Assembly: GCA_964276515.1 (NCBI GenBank)
Contig: OZ193909.1
Location: 16,492,001 to 16,556,000, forward strand
DNA from: Gordius albopunctatus
Taxonomy: Eukaryota
Direction: 5' to 3'
Length of the DNA: 64,000 nucleotides
Part shown: positions 1 to 11,696 of the stretch, in pieces
How positions within the stretch are numbered: position 1 is the first letter of the stretch
How the letters are laid out: each line of letters opens with the position of its first letter
Program-made: the position numbers and the translations under genes
The notes under the pieces: model-generated
The model's database searches: none
The model's input: the letters and a program-made list of their open reading frames with translations, nothing else
What the model was told of the DNA's origin: nothing

Positions 1-253
1 TGGGTACGCCCATGTTTGTTTATTTGTTTAACGACTAAAACCAAAGGTTTACCAAAGAAAATCCAGCCCTTTTTACAACATTCATAAAAAGAATCGCCCT
101 TTTCATATTGTGTAAATAAATAATTTTGAAGAATTTAATGATCTTTAAACCCAACTTCGAGTTAAATGATCATTCTGTAGCTATCGAGAGCGGGTCTATC
201 GTTTACTTTTACTCATTCATTATTTAAGCTTGGGGTATATGTTAAGTGCTATC

Positions 254-372
254 AAAAACTAAAGACAATAACTGAAATAATATCAGCCTAAAGGAGTTAA
301 ACAAACATTTTTTTTTCAAAAAACTAAAGACAATAACTGAAATAATATCAGCCTAAAGGAGTTAAACAAACA
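254..372. repeat. ~54-bp direct duplication separated by a T-run
   Basis: aaaaactaaagacaataactgaaataatatcagcctaaaggagttaaacaaaca at ~254-307 and ~319-372, with a T9C spacer. Confidence 0.9.
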
Positions 373-1039
373 AATTTAAGTTCACATTTATTTAATTATA
401 AATTCGTATAAAATTTTATAAAACAATAAGTTTTTCATGTTTTAGCAATTTAAACACATGCGCGCGCTTAAGTTATTTACACATTTTAGACTTTAAAGGA
501 GAGGACATCGTGTCCTAATTTGAAGGACACGTTGACCCCAGTTTTTTGTTGAAAGTTAAAGGAGTAGTTTTTTTGAGAATCTGTTATAAAAATATATCAA
601 CTCTGTCATGGGCGTACGCAGGTTTTAAATTAGGGGGGGGGGCAGATTTAAAAAAAATTTCGCGACTATCCAAAAATTTTCCTGAGAGCAAAAAAACTCT
701 GTTGCTATAGTATTTTACCCTCTAATAAACATTGTAGACAAGAACATATTTGTAGAAAAAGTATATGATCGTTTAAAACTTTTGTCTAGGCCTTTTTGAT
801 TTTCAATGGCCGAGACAGCCCTTGTCTCCCCTACACATTAAAAATTTTAGACAAGGAGGTGGATTTTAGATCAGGTTGTCTTAAATATATAATATTGTCC
901 TTTCATCGCTTATAATATTTTTAAGCCATAATTTAATATTTTGCATTTACTTTCGTAAAGACTTGTTGCCATTAATTTATAATAAATAATCAATTAAAAA
1001 ATAAAGAGGGTAGTAAAAAAGTTTACATTAAGTTATGCT

Positions 1040-1250
1040 ATCTTCTTCTTTGTCAGTTATTTGGTCCCATATTCGTGGGGTTTGTTTTTATAAGTTTCTT
1101 CCATATTTACTGTGTGAGTGCCATGCCACGTGACACGGAGTCGTCCTTTTCCTCTCTTCCCCGGTACCTCCATGTCCAGTACTTTTCGATTTACGTCATC
1201 CGTGTCATTTCTTAGTATATGCTTATACCACCTTAGCCGATTTTAGTTGC
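1040..1250 (-). mobile_element. 3' fragment of an RTE-clade LINE (family B, (GAA)n tail)
   Basis: Minus strand reads RLRWYKHILR..VNRKVLDMEVPGKRGKGR..TW, the RTE C-terminal motif; closely similar to 51925-52197. Confidence 0.75.
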
Positions 1251-2504
1251 CATAGGTTAAATACCCATTTTTGGCATGAGAAAGTCATTCGTCATATGGT
1301 CGAGCTTAGTATAATATCCCAAGCTCCACCGTATCATTCTCATCTCTGTGGCTTGTAATAGCTTTCTTTCCGTGGTGTTTAATGCCCATGTTTGATTTCC
1401 ATAGAGTAACACCGGTGTAGTGTGTCAGCAGCCAGCGTGGTAACTCCAAACACCCCTTATGATTGGGTAAAGGGATGATAAATGGCTTTTTCACACTCTC
1501 TCCCTCCAATGGGATTGGTTAGAGGCGTGATTGATGAGATTTTTTGAAAGAATTTTAGCTCGTATTAACACCCAGCGTTCATCGTGTTACTACTGAGAAA
1601 TTGTTCTAAGTAGGCAATAAATCATTCCTCCCTTATACTAAAATTTAACTACCCAAAAAGCACATTATCAATTTTTTGCATACTAAAATTAGCATTATTC
1701 TCTTTATAACTTATAATAAATTTGTCTGTTTTTACAAATATTTATTTATTTTTATAAGGGGGCCAGGGGGCTTACCCTAAGTTCCCAGCTTTATAAAAAT
1801 TCATAAATATATATGTAATATTTAATTATATATAATAACAACAATAAACTCAAATAAATAAATAATTTGTCTATATTATATACAAATGTATAAAACTTTA
1901 ATATTATAACCAAAATGTTAGTCTAGTCTAAACTTAATTTATTAAAAACAATAAACATAACGCCTAAAAATAGCAAAAATTGACATTGACAGCTCATATT
2001 TAACACGGTTGCCCTCTGTTACACTACACCGATCTTACGATGGATTTGTAAGCTTTGCTCTTCAACCATATTGGCATTTTCTTTTCACACATTACACCGG
2101 ATATACTTCGCCATTTAAGTCATCCTTTTCGGATCCGGGCATACGCTAAGTTATGTTATGCCATTGGTAATTGACTTATCCGTTTAATTTGACAAGTTTT
2201 AAATTTTTATAATTGGTCCAAAATATTCAAGTCAAATTAATTAATTTTGATACCCAAACGAATAAGCAATTGGAACCCAGACATTTATAATTATAACGTA
2301 TAAAATTAGTTATAATTTATAACTTATAATATTTACTTTACTACAAAATTGGTTATTATTTCGCATTTTTATATATTTCTAAATTAACAACATCCCATTA
2401 AATATTTGTTAGAGTCGTAATAAATGCCGCTAAGTGAAAATATGGATTTAATTTACCCCCCCCCCCCCCGCCCCCCTTCCTTCAAAAATGTAATTTGTTT
2501 TTAT

Positions 2505-2760
2505 TCTTATAGTTGTTTGCCATGTTTAGTAGTCAGCTATTTCATGTAATTTCTCACGTATCCAGCAAACTGCATTAAACCAGCTTCGCTTGGGCTCTTG
2601 ACTTATGAAGTACACAACAATTATATATTTTATCGTCAGTTTATGTCTTCCTCTCTTTCGCTTACCTTTCACCACCTTCCTGACACAACGTGGCAAGTAA
2701 TTTTTTTCCTACTCTCTCCCTTAACTTAATCTTCCAACAACTAGCTTTCCCTGTTTGGTA
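2505..2760 (-). mobile_element. 3' fragment of RTE LINE family A
   Basis: Diverged match to 49265-49520 (tatagttgtttg..tttagt.gtcagct..accagcttcgctt..ctctctttc.cttac). Confidence 0.7.
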
Positions 2761-3138
2761 ATAATTTTTACAGGATTACCCAAAAGGGGGGATTAATTTT
2801 TTGTAAAATTTTTAATAAAAATAAGTACATTAAGTGCCCTGCAAAATTTTATTTATTTGTCCGAGCCCGACCCAAATTTTTCAATCGAATTCTTAAGAAA
2901 ATTTTTGATTCAAATTTATTCATTTAAAAGGAATGGCAAATTAATGTTTTTAGATAGATTATATCCCCCTGCTAGATAGGCCCCTGAATGACGCTCATTG
3001 GAATCCTACTCAAACATTAACAGCCTCAAACCTGGTCTGATCTAATCTCAGCTACTAAGATTATTTTTTCCCTTTTATATAGCTGGAGGCGATCCCTAGA
3101 TAAATTACTAATCATAGGGGAAGGATATGACTAATTGA

Positions 3139-3287
3139 CATATGGGCGTAGCCAGCATTTGAGTTAGAGGAGGGCAAAAATGATTTAGGGATGGGGCAAA
3201 ATGATAAAATTTTAGCCATCATTTTACTAAATTTCAACAAATTTTTGGATTTAGAGGGGGAAGTCGCCCCCCCTGGCTACGCCCATG
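3139..3287. mobile_element. hAT-type MITE, TIR CATGGGCGTAGCCA; further copies at 17297-17475, ~22826-22965, 56279-56434, ~57739-57850; related elements at ~607 and 53692-53950
   Basis: Inverted ends tgggcgtagcca / tggctacgcccatg. Near-perfect 8-bp TSDs: ctaattga/ctacttga, ccgctatt/ccactatt, tgtacatt/agtacatt, taacgtat/tgacgtat. Confidence 0.85.
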
Positions 3288-6200
3288 CTACTTGACATAT
3301 TATAAAGCAGTTGCGTAGCTAGCTTTTTACCATTGGGAAGGGGGCGAACTTTAGTTTCACAGAGGTGAGGAGGTGTTAGTTAGACGGCCGCTGAGTTTTT
3401 CCCAAATACCTATTTGTCAAACTTAATGGCTAACTGTTTTCTTCTATATATAGACCTTCCTAACTCGTAGTTTCTCAAGATTAATATTTTATGTTTACAA
3501 ATTAGCTTAGGCCTTGTAACTTTTGTTGGGTTTCCACTTGCAACTTAAGCTCAAACGATTTCGCCCTTGCACAAAATAATTTTATTTCAAATTAAGAGCA
3601 CTTATTGTAAAATAACAAAGGCATTTACTGAAAAACGGCTGTATTATTATGGCTAGGCTATATAAAATTATTTGGATGAGTATATAGATAAATGGTAAAA
3701 TTACAAAATGGTGTACATTTACTAAAATAATGATGTGTGTTGAATAGATTGGTAAATCTTAAAAAAAACGATTTCGGTAGTTATTTGATATTGGCAGAAT
3801 CAAATAACTTATCTTATGGCAACATGGTAATGGTTGAGTTTATGCTGCAATTACAATAAGAGCATCGTGACAACCAGTGGCTTAGCTAGCTTTCTCCCTT
3901 GGGAGGGATTCGAACTTTAATCTTACACAAGTGGGGAGGGGTCAATTGCGATAGAATTTTTTTCCCCATAGCCATTTGTTGAACTTAATAGTGAGCTATT
4001 CCAAGCGACCTAGCTCGAGTTTCACCCTTAGGTGGAGGTGGGGGAGAACATTAATTTTCATCAAGTGAGTTCTAAACTGGTTTGCTAAACTAAATGATCA
4101 ACTGATCTTCTATATATTTTCTCCCGTTATTCCTATTCATAAACCAATTCGCTTGAGCTCTTACCGTTTCAGTCCTTATCAATATTATATGCCTATTAGT
4201 TTAGGTCCACGCATTGTTTACCTATGACATAGTCCCTAATGAAACTTAAAAAATATTCCCTCAACAAATTTTTTTATAAATGAATCGCATTAAAAAAATG
4301 ACAATATTTACAACGGCTATATGTAGGTTATTTAAAATTAATTAGTGTTTGGCTAACTTTTGAAAATGATTTGTTAAATACAAGATCTAACCGGCATAAT
4401 GACTAGTGATGTTCTTTAGCGCATCATTTTGGACCTGCACTATTAATAGGAGTAAAGAGGCTAAGTACCATCACCATTATAAGAATCTAGCGTGAGATGT
4501 GCTTCCCTCATCTAAGGTTCTTTTTCTAATCATTTACTCCCCTAAGGTCCTAAATCTTAGATAAAATTATTATGGTGAGAGCGTTGTTATTTTTATAGCA
4601 CCGCCACATGTGCCCTATTTTCTATACATTTTTGCAGGTAATATTTATAAATGACTGCAGAGCACAGCACTGAGCGTGAGCTAACACCCCTAAACATATA
4701 TCTAATGGCACATCTGAGTCTTTATGACAAAAGAATATACTCCTGGTCGGTTTGCACCGCACCCACATTAAAATTTCTTGAAATGAAAAGGAGACTATCA
4801 ATGTAAGTGTGGCTGTTTTATGCACACCTTAATATCATTATAGCAGACCGCTCGGCGCGCCCCTTTAGCGCGGTTCACCGCCCCACTAGTAAGGGTTAAA
4901 TACTATTAAACTATGTGTAACTAACGATAGAGTGTTGCATCACTCTCGTTTAGCCATAACCATAGCCGATAAAAATATTAATTGTTGCACTTGACCTTAA
5001 AGGATGGCTAATGGTTTAGTTATTTGAGCCCAAATTATATCAGGAACACGTGGACTCACTTTTAAATTAATATAACGTTCCTACAGCGTCCCTTGTAAAT
5101 TGTTATGGTTTTCTCATAATTTTAAATTTTAATCCTCACGTTTTAAATAAAAATACATGTCTAATACCATTATAATTCCAAAAAATAAAACAGTTTAAAA
5201 AGCTTGTTTAATTCCTGATATTTAACATTCTGACTTTTGAAGTTAGAGAATTATAATATCAAATAATGTATAATTATATTTAGCATAACATTTTAAAAAA
5301 GGTGTCGGCACTCTGTTGTAAGAAGAAAAAAAAGATGAATTTTCATTTTTTTTACAATTAATTTCAAATAAATGAATAGAAGCACTTAGCGACCCTTAGT
5401 AATCTTATATATAAAAATGAAACTATGTATGTATGTGTGTATATATGCCGCAACCAATTTTGGAAAACTACCAGACCGATTTGGCTCAAAATTTCACAGT
5501 TTATTCCTGACACTCCTGAGCATGTTTTAAGATTTTTTCGAGCCAAATCGGTCCAGTAGTTTTCGAGTTTGTTTTATACGTTTTGACGTTTAATAGAATG
5601 TCAATCAAACGCAACCTCATGACGTATCTATCGTGTTCTTTGAAAATTTGAATTTACAGTTCTTTAATAAAAGTGTATCATTTATAGTATTTTATAGAAT
5701 CTAGACCGTCATGCGTATAGGTAGTGTAGTGTGATAAATGAAGCATGTGCTGCGGAAAATGGAAACTTTTTACGATTTGAAACATTAAATCAAAGTCATT
5801 TTTTGCTTATTTTTCACGTCAATTATTATAGGACGGTCGTGTCCTTTCCTGCGTGGCTACATAAATTAAAAAATCTCATTTTATCATTTTTTGCGCGTTA
5901 AATAAGGAGAAAAATGAAAATACTTTTAACAAAGTGCCAATAAATGTTGATATATGTTCAGAATTAAACTTTTTATTCAGAAACAAATAATTATAATTAT
6001 CATATTGTTTCTCAATTACAAAAAATTAAAAAAAATTGCTTGAAGGGCCAGGGGACCAAAGATTTTTTCCTTGGGGGGGGGGGGCTAGAGGTGTGCACGG
6101 ATCAATCCGAAACATTTTAATTTTGGAAGTCGGATCGGATCGGATCGGATCAACATTTTATTTTAGTCGGATCGGATCAGATACAAAAATAATTAAATTA

Positions 6201-6518
6201 ATAATTTTTAGTATACCTTTTCGTAATTATCTTTGTATTCTATTTTTACTTTACCATTTTTGATGCCCAATACCACCTCCTTACCCCTTACTTACCCTAA
6301 TATATTTATCAGAATTTCCCTAGCGTTTTTCCCTAGCTAGACGTAGATACGCATCTCTTTCTATTTCATTTCAACTCAACTCCGAAAATCATCAATCACT
6401 CTCCCCTTTCCTTAAAGCACACGCGTAGCTCCTTTCCCTCTTGATTTCGGGTAATCATGAATGATGTAGCTTGCCTTCTTAGAAGCAATCTCCATGGTGC
6501 AGCAGGGGTATTGTCTGG

Positions 6519-8711
6519 AATCTGGTTCAATTGACAAAAGTTCATTTGTAAAAATATCGAAAAAAAATCTCTAAATATCTAAACTCCCACGCATTTTAAA
6601 TTTTTCAAGTGTATAATGTCAAAAGTTCAATTTGTTTTATCCCAAAAAAACAAAGCAATCATATTTAGGTCGAGGTATTTAGTATTATCCTAACTTTAAA
6701 CACGTCAGCAGGATGACATCTCACATGAAGGTAACTTATTAATTGCTATGCAATTTATGGGCTCGTTTTTGGTTGTCCGTCCGTCCGTCCACCAAGTTAT
6801 TTACACCAGCTTCCCGACCTGGAGGTTGCGGGTCCGAGACCCGGAGAGGACAAAATTTTTTTTTTTAAATTAAATTAATATTTTGTTCTTGTTAATACCA
6901 TTGATAATATGACTTTTTGACCGTCCGCAGGCTACTGACCAATGAAAAAATGACCACTGGCCAGATAAATCGAAATTTTTAATTTTTCGTTTTTGAATAG
7001 TTTAACATTGATAATTACACTATGCCCTCCCCTACAAGGGCCTATGGCTCTATTTATATGGTTCCCTGTTCCCCTCCAAAGGCTTATGCCTCTATTTAAT
7101 GTGGGTTCGAATCCCGGAGAGGGCAAAATTTTTATTTTTTTAATTAATTTAATATTTTGTTCTTGTTAATACCATTGATAATATGACTTTTTGACCGTCC
7201 GCTGGCTACTGACCAATGAAAAAATGAACATTGGCCAATTAAATCCTAATTTTTCGTTTTTCCTTTTTGAATAGGTTAACATTGATAATTGAAAAAAATT
7301 ACCATTGGCCAAATAAATCGAAATTTTTTGTTCGTTTTTGAATAGGTTAACATTGATAATTACCCTATACTTTTTAATAATTGCTATGCAATTTATCTAG
7401 TCTTTGGGTTAGAATCCCGGAGTTTTTTTTGACTCTTATGATTGTTCTTGTTACTATCAATGATAATAAGACTTTTTGGCCGTCCTCTGGCTGCTGACCA
7501 ATGAAAAAAATGACCATTGGCCAAAATGTGTATCCGAGTTTATTTTTTCGTTTTTTTTGACTCTTATGATTGTTCCTGTTCCTACCATTGCTATTATGAC
7601 TTTTTGGCCGTCCGCTGGCTGCTGACCAATGGAATAAAATGACCATTGGCCAAAATGTGATTCGAAAATTTTTTTTTCGTTTTTTTTGACTGTTATGAAT
7701 TTATATCCACTTTTACCGTGTCCTGGCTGCTGACCAATGGAAAAAAATGACCATTGGCCAAAATGTGAATCGAAATTATTTTTTCCGTTTTTTTTTGACT
7801 ATTATGATTGTTCCTGTTCCTACCATTGCTATTATGACTTTTTGGCCGTCCGCTGGCTGCTGACCAATGGAATAAAATAACCATTGGCCAAAATGTGATT
7901 CGAAAACTTTTTTTTCGTTTTTTTTGACTATTATGAATTTATATCCACTTTTACCGTGTCCCGGCTGCTGACCAATGGAAAAAAATGACCTTTGGCCAAA
8001 ATGTGATTCAAAAATTTTTTTTCGTTTTTTTTGACTATTATGATTGTTCCTGTTCCTACCATTGCTATTATGACTTTTTGGTAATACAACTCCCGTAGAA
8101 TTTAACTAACCATAAAGCTTCCCCTTCGCTCCCTCTCTCCCCCTTTATGATATTTGGCATATACACTTATTTAGTGCTTCCAACCTTCGTTTTGCAATAT
8201 TCACGTAAGTATTTCCATAAATTGCATAGCAAATATGATACATTTATACGGAGTGTAGATGAGTTCCCCCTTCCCTCCCCTCCTCCCCTTCCCCCTTCCC
8301 ACGAGGGCCGAAGGCCCGAGTTAATTATTAGCACTTATATATTATATAGCTTATCCAAATAATGAGTGCATTGCTGGGCCCCTGCAAACATTGGATATTA
8401 ACAACACCCAACTCTAGCTATTGTTCCAACATCCCTTATTTGTAAGTTTATTTATAACATTCTATGATTTTTCAGGACAGTGTGTATCAGTTCTTCCTAC
8501 AAATCCTTAGATTATACAACAAAGCTAGAATATTATCATTTGTTAATTGTTGAAGCTTAATTTCATCAAATAAAAACCTAATCTAGATATTTATTATTAT
8601 CCAAACTTTGATCTCACGTGAAGGTAACTTATAATTATTAGCACTTATATTTTAGATATTTAGAGATTTAGATATTTTTACAATTGAACTTTTGTCAATT
8701 GAAACGATACA
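6519..8711. mobile_element. Long-TIR non-autonomous element with a 9-bp TSD (Mutator/MULE-like)
   Basis: ~55-bp imperfect inverted repeats (ttcaattgacaaaagttca..aaatctctaaatatctaaa at ~6526-6583 vs ~8651-8703), flanked by the direct repeat attgtctgg (6510-6518, 8712-8720). Confidence 0.6.
6741..8322 (+). mobile_element. DINE-1/HINE-like non-autonomous Helentron with central tandem repeats
   Basis: Perfect 18-bp subterminal inverted repeat ttgctatgcaatttatgg (6743-6760) / ccataaattgcatagcaa (8215-8232), (GTCC)n near the 5' end, internal ~110-270-bp tandem repeats, 3' hairpin gggcc-gaa-ggccc and T-rich flanks. A similar 5' end occurs at ~20650. Confidence 0.8.
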
Positions 8712-8835
8712 ATTGTCTGGTGTGAGTCACGCTGACTTAAGGGGAAAAAATAATGGGGGGGGTGTTGGAAATAATCATTTGGATTCGTAACAGCTAGCAA
8801 ATACACCAATATTGTTTATCATATTAAAAACCGTC

Positions 8836-10755
8836 ATGGAAGAAATAACCAAAAAAAAATTAAAAAAAATCTTCTCAAACAAGTTAAAAAAGAAGATGGA
8901 AAAAGTCAAATTTGGAGTTACTTTGACCTTCTAAATGAAAATGATACATACACCGGTTATGTTATATGCAAGAAATGCCATCATATCTACACATATAATT
9001 CCATTCGAGGTAGTTCCCATCTTTTGCATCATAAATGTATTCCAAAAACTTCAGCTAAAAATACACTTGACAAATTTGTCACCAAACCTCTCGCTGAAAT
9101 CACAAAATTAAAAAAAAAATTTGAAAAGCATATAATTTATTTTATTTCAAAAGATATTCGACCGTTTTCAATCGTTAACGGGGAAGGATTTAGAGCAATG
9201 CTCCAAGAAGCTCTGAATATTGGTGCCATTCATGGTCATATAAACGTTGAAGAATTACTTTCAGATAGGACTACCTTAAGTAGGAATACAGCAAAACTTG
9301 CAGATGTAAGTAGAGAAGCATTAATATTAAAGTTACTCCCCCATTTAAAAGCAAAATCATGTTCAGCCACTCTCGACCTCTGGACAGATGACTTTGTCAA
9401 AATAAACTACTTAACATTTTCTTTACATTATATATCCCTCGGAATCCTACATAAGCATATTCCTTTCACTTCAAAAATAGACGTTGAAAAAAAACAGGGG
9501 AAAATATTTTAAGAGAAATATCTGTAAATTTTGAAAAACTTCACATCCCTACGGAATACATGAGATTGATAACTTACGTTACCGATCAGGGTTCTAACAT
9601 GGTCAATGCCTTGCAAAATGATAAGCGAATGAATTGCACGTCCCATTTACTGCTGAATACAGTACTACGAAACGTATTCAATAAAAATGATTTCACATTC
9701 CATTACCCTAAAATTAATGACTTGATACAAGCATGCAAAAAGCTAACGACATATATGAAACAAAGTGGCAAAAATAAATATTTAAATCATACATTGCAAT
9801 TGCATCAAGCAATAGAAACAAGATGGAACTCCAGACTCGACATGTTTGAGAGCATATTGAAGGAGTATAAGGAACTAACCACATATCTAACTTCTATTGA
9901 TATGCCAGAGAAGATAGATGTGATTGATAAAAATTTGCTGACCAAACTAATAGAAGTACTCCGGCCGTTTAAAACGGCTTCTTTAGTTCTGGAAGCTGAT
10001 CAACACCCAACCTTTCACAATATATCGATTCAATATTACCAATTACTCAGTGATCTTTCACAATCAGACCACGAGCAACTGATGATTTTGAAGAACATCA
10101 CGAAATTAATGATCTCAAAAAAGATATTTGTACCCCTTCAAGTCAAAATTTCTAATCAATCAACAACATAAAATTGCCACATTTTTATGCCCAAATTATC
10201 GCCAACTCAGGATGCTCCCCCCAAATGAGCGAGTAGGCATAATTAATGAAATAAGATCCACACTAGCGTCTAAGGATTTTTTGGTAGATTCTGCAGCTGA
10301 GATTGGAAATTATGCGGCAAGTAGTAGTGATAGTGAGCCTCAAAAAAAAAGACAAAAAAGTAATTAACATACATTTAAATATGTATTATATATATATATT
10401 TTTTACATAAAATAAATTATTTAATTTATATTTTAAAATAGTTAATCAATGGGAAGATGAGCAGGAAGAAGATAAAGCCCCCGATGAAATCTCAATTTAC
10501 CTTTTGTTAAAAAATGAAGATTGCAAATATGATTCAAAAAAAGATTTGCTGAAATGGTGGGTTTCATATCAAACAGTCCTGCCAAGGCTTTATAAGCTGG
10601 CAAATAAATTTTTAGCTATACCTGCTACCTCTACCACTTCGGAAAGAAATTTCTCGGTGGCTGGAAGAACATTAGAAGAAAGAAGAACGCGAATTAAACC
10701 AGAAAATTTAGATTCTTTATTATTTTTATATGATAACATGGAATTAGTCAAATAA
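8836..10755 (+). pseudogene. Frameshifted hAT transposase
   Basis: BED finger (IWSYF..C-KK-C..H..HKC), DIRPFSIV, LDLWTD (D1), VTDQGSNM (D2), CxxH, ETRWNS, PATSTTSERNFS (E) and the C-terminal dimerisation domain. Split over several frames, with a GT-AG intron at ~10360-10441. Confidence 0.92.
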
Positions 10756-11610
10756 AATTTTATATTTCAAGTATATTAAAATTGCATTACCTTATTTTTA
10801 TGTATTTTGAATTTAATCATCAATAAAAAGTTCTGTTCGTAAAATTTTAATTAAAAAATTTCGGATCGGATAGGATGGGATTTAGATTTTAAAAAACTCG
10901 GATCGGATCGGATGGATACGAAATTTTTTAAAAACCCCTCGGATCGGATCTGATCAAAAAAATTTGATCCGTGCACACCTCTAGGGGGGGGCATGGGGCC
11001 AGGTTTTCTCTCTTCCATGGCCCTGGACCTTGGACACTCTTTAACTATTTGTTTAAAAAATTGTGCATAATAAGCATTTATCAATTATATTTGATATATT
11101 CTTAATCTATTATACGGAAATAGAACAATAGAATTAGAACATATAGACATCAAGCTTTTTTTTACTTCAATAACCGCTTTATCATCATATTCACTAAAAT
11201 TCCAACATAATTTAATACACCCGAGTAAATGGCAAAACAACGTTTGCCCGGTTCATCTAGTAAACTAATAAATTTGGAATACTATACGCCTCATTTATTT
11301 GATCCAAGCTACTAATTGACAAACAAAATAAAAAAAACAAGAATCAATAAAGCGAAATTAAGGCACGACACGAATAAATTGAGGTTTGCAAAAATCCATG
11401 GAGTTGAATGGTGTACTATGTGACGAACACGTACCAATCAAATTGAGACGATTATATAATACAGTTATTGTATCCACGGCAATGTATAGAGCGGCCAAGG
11501 GGTAAACTAAATGTAGTTCCGATTCAGAGAAAGTTGGTTCCAAGTAAAATGAGATGGTATGCCCATTTGGAGGGTCGGGAGTAAAGTCTTTTTGCAAAGC
11601 GTATCAAGAA

Positions 11611-11696
11611 GCTTCAAGTCGAAGGTAAGCGAAGAGGATGCCTTAGCTTACATGGAAACATAAAATAGATAATGACTCGAAAAGGTAGGAGCTAAG
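11611..11696 (+). mobile_element. RTE family A 3' fragment, left half (continues at ~16000-16080)
   Basis: Matches the reverse complement of ~49345-49430 and 61865-61950; the collinear continuation lies at ~16000-16080. Confidence 0.75.

Larger units (their letters stand above)
6086..10983 (+). mobile_element. hAT DNA transposon (hobo/Hermes/Herves-like), full length, with nested inserts
   Basis: Perfect 20-bp TIRs TAGAGGTGTGCACGGATCAA / TTGATCCGTGCACACCTCTA, subterminal (GATCG)n at both ends, G-run+C target duplication on both flanks, internal transposase. Confidence 0.95.
5403..11260 (+). mobile_element. Non-autonomous Helitron, split by nested insertions
   Basis: Starts A|TCTTATATATAAAAATG, followed by a (TATG)-like microsatellite and an internal inverted repeat (5463-5491/5537-5565). 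Ends in the hairpin ggcaaa-acaacg-tttgcc followed by CTAG|T. These are canonical Helitron termini at an A|T insertion site. Confidence 0.7.

Noticed and set aside
4845..4890. GC-rich hairpin followed by CTAG|T (possible second Helitron 3' end)
   Set aside because: No matching A|TC 5' end identified; not enough to call an element
6900..8080. Regularly spaced repeats resembling a CRISPR array
   Set aside because: The inter-repeat sequences are themselves repeated, the context is eukaryotic and there are no cas genes; it is a TE-internal minisatellite
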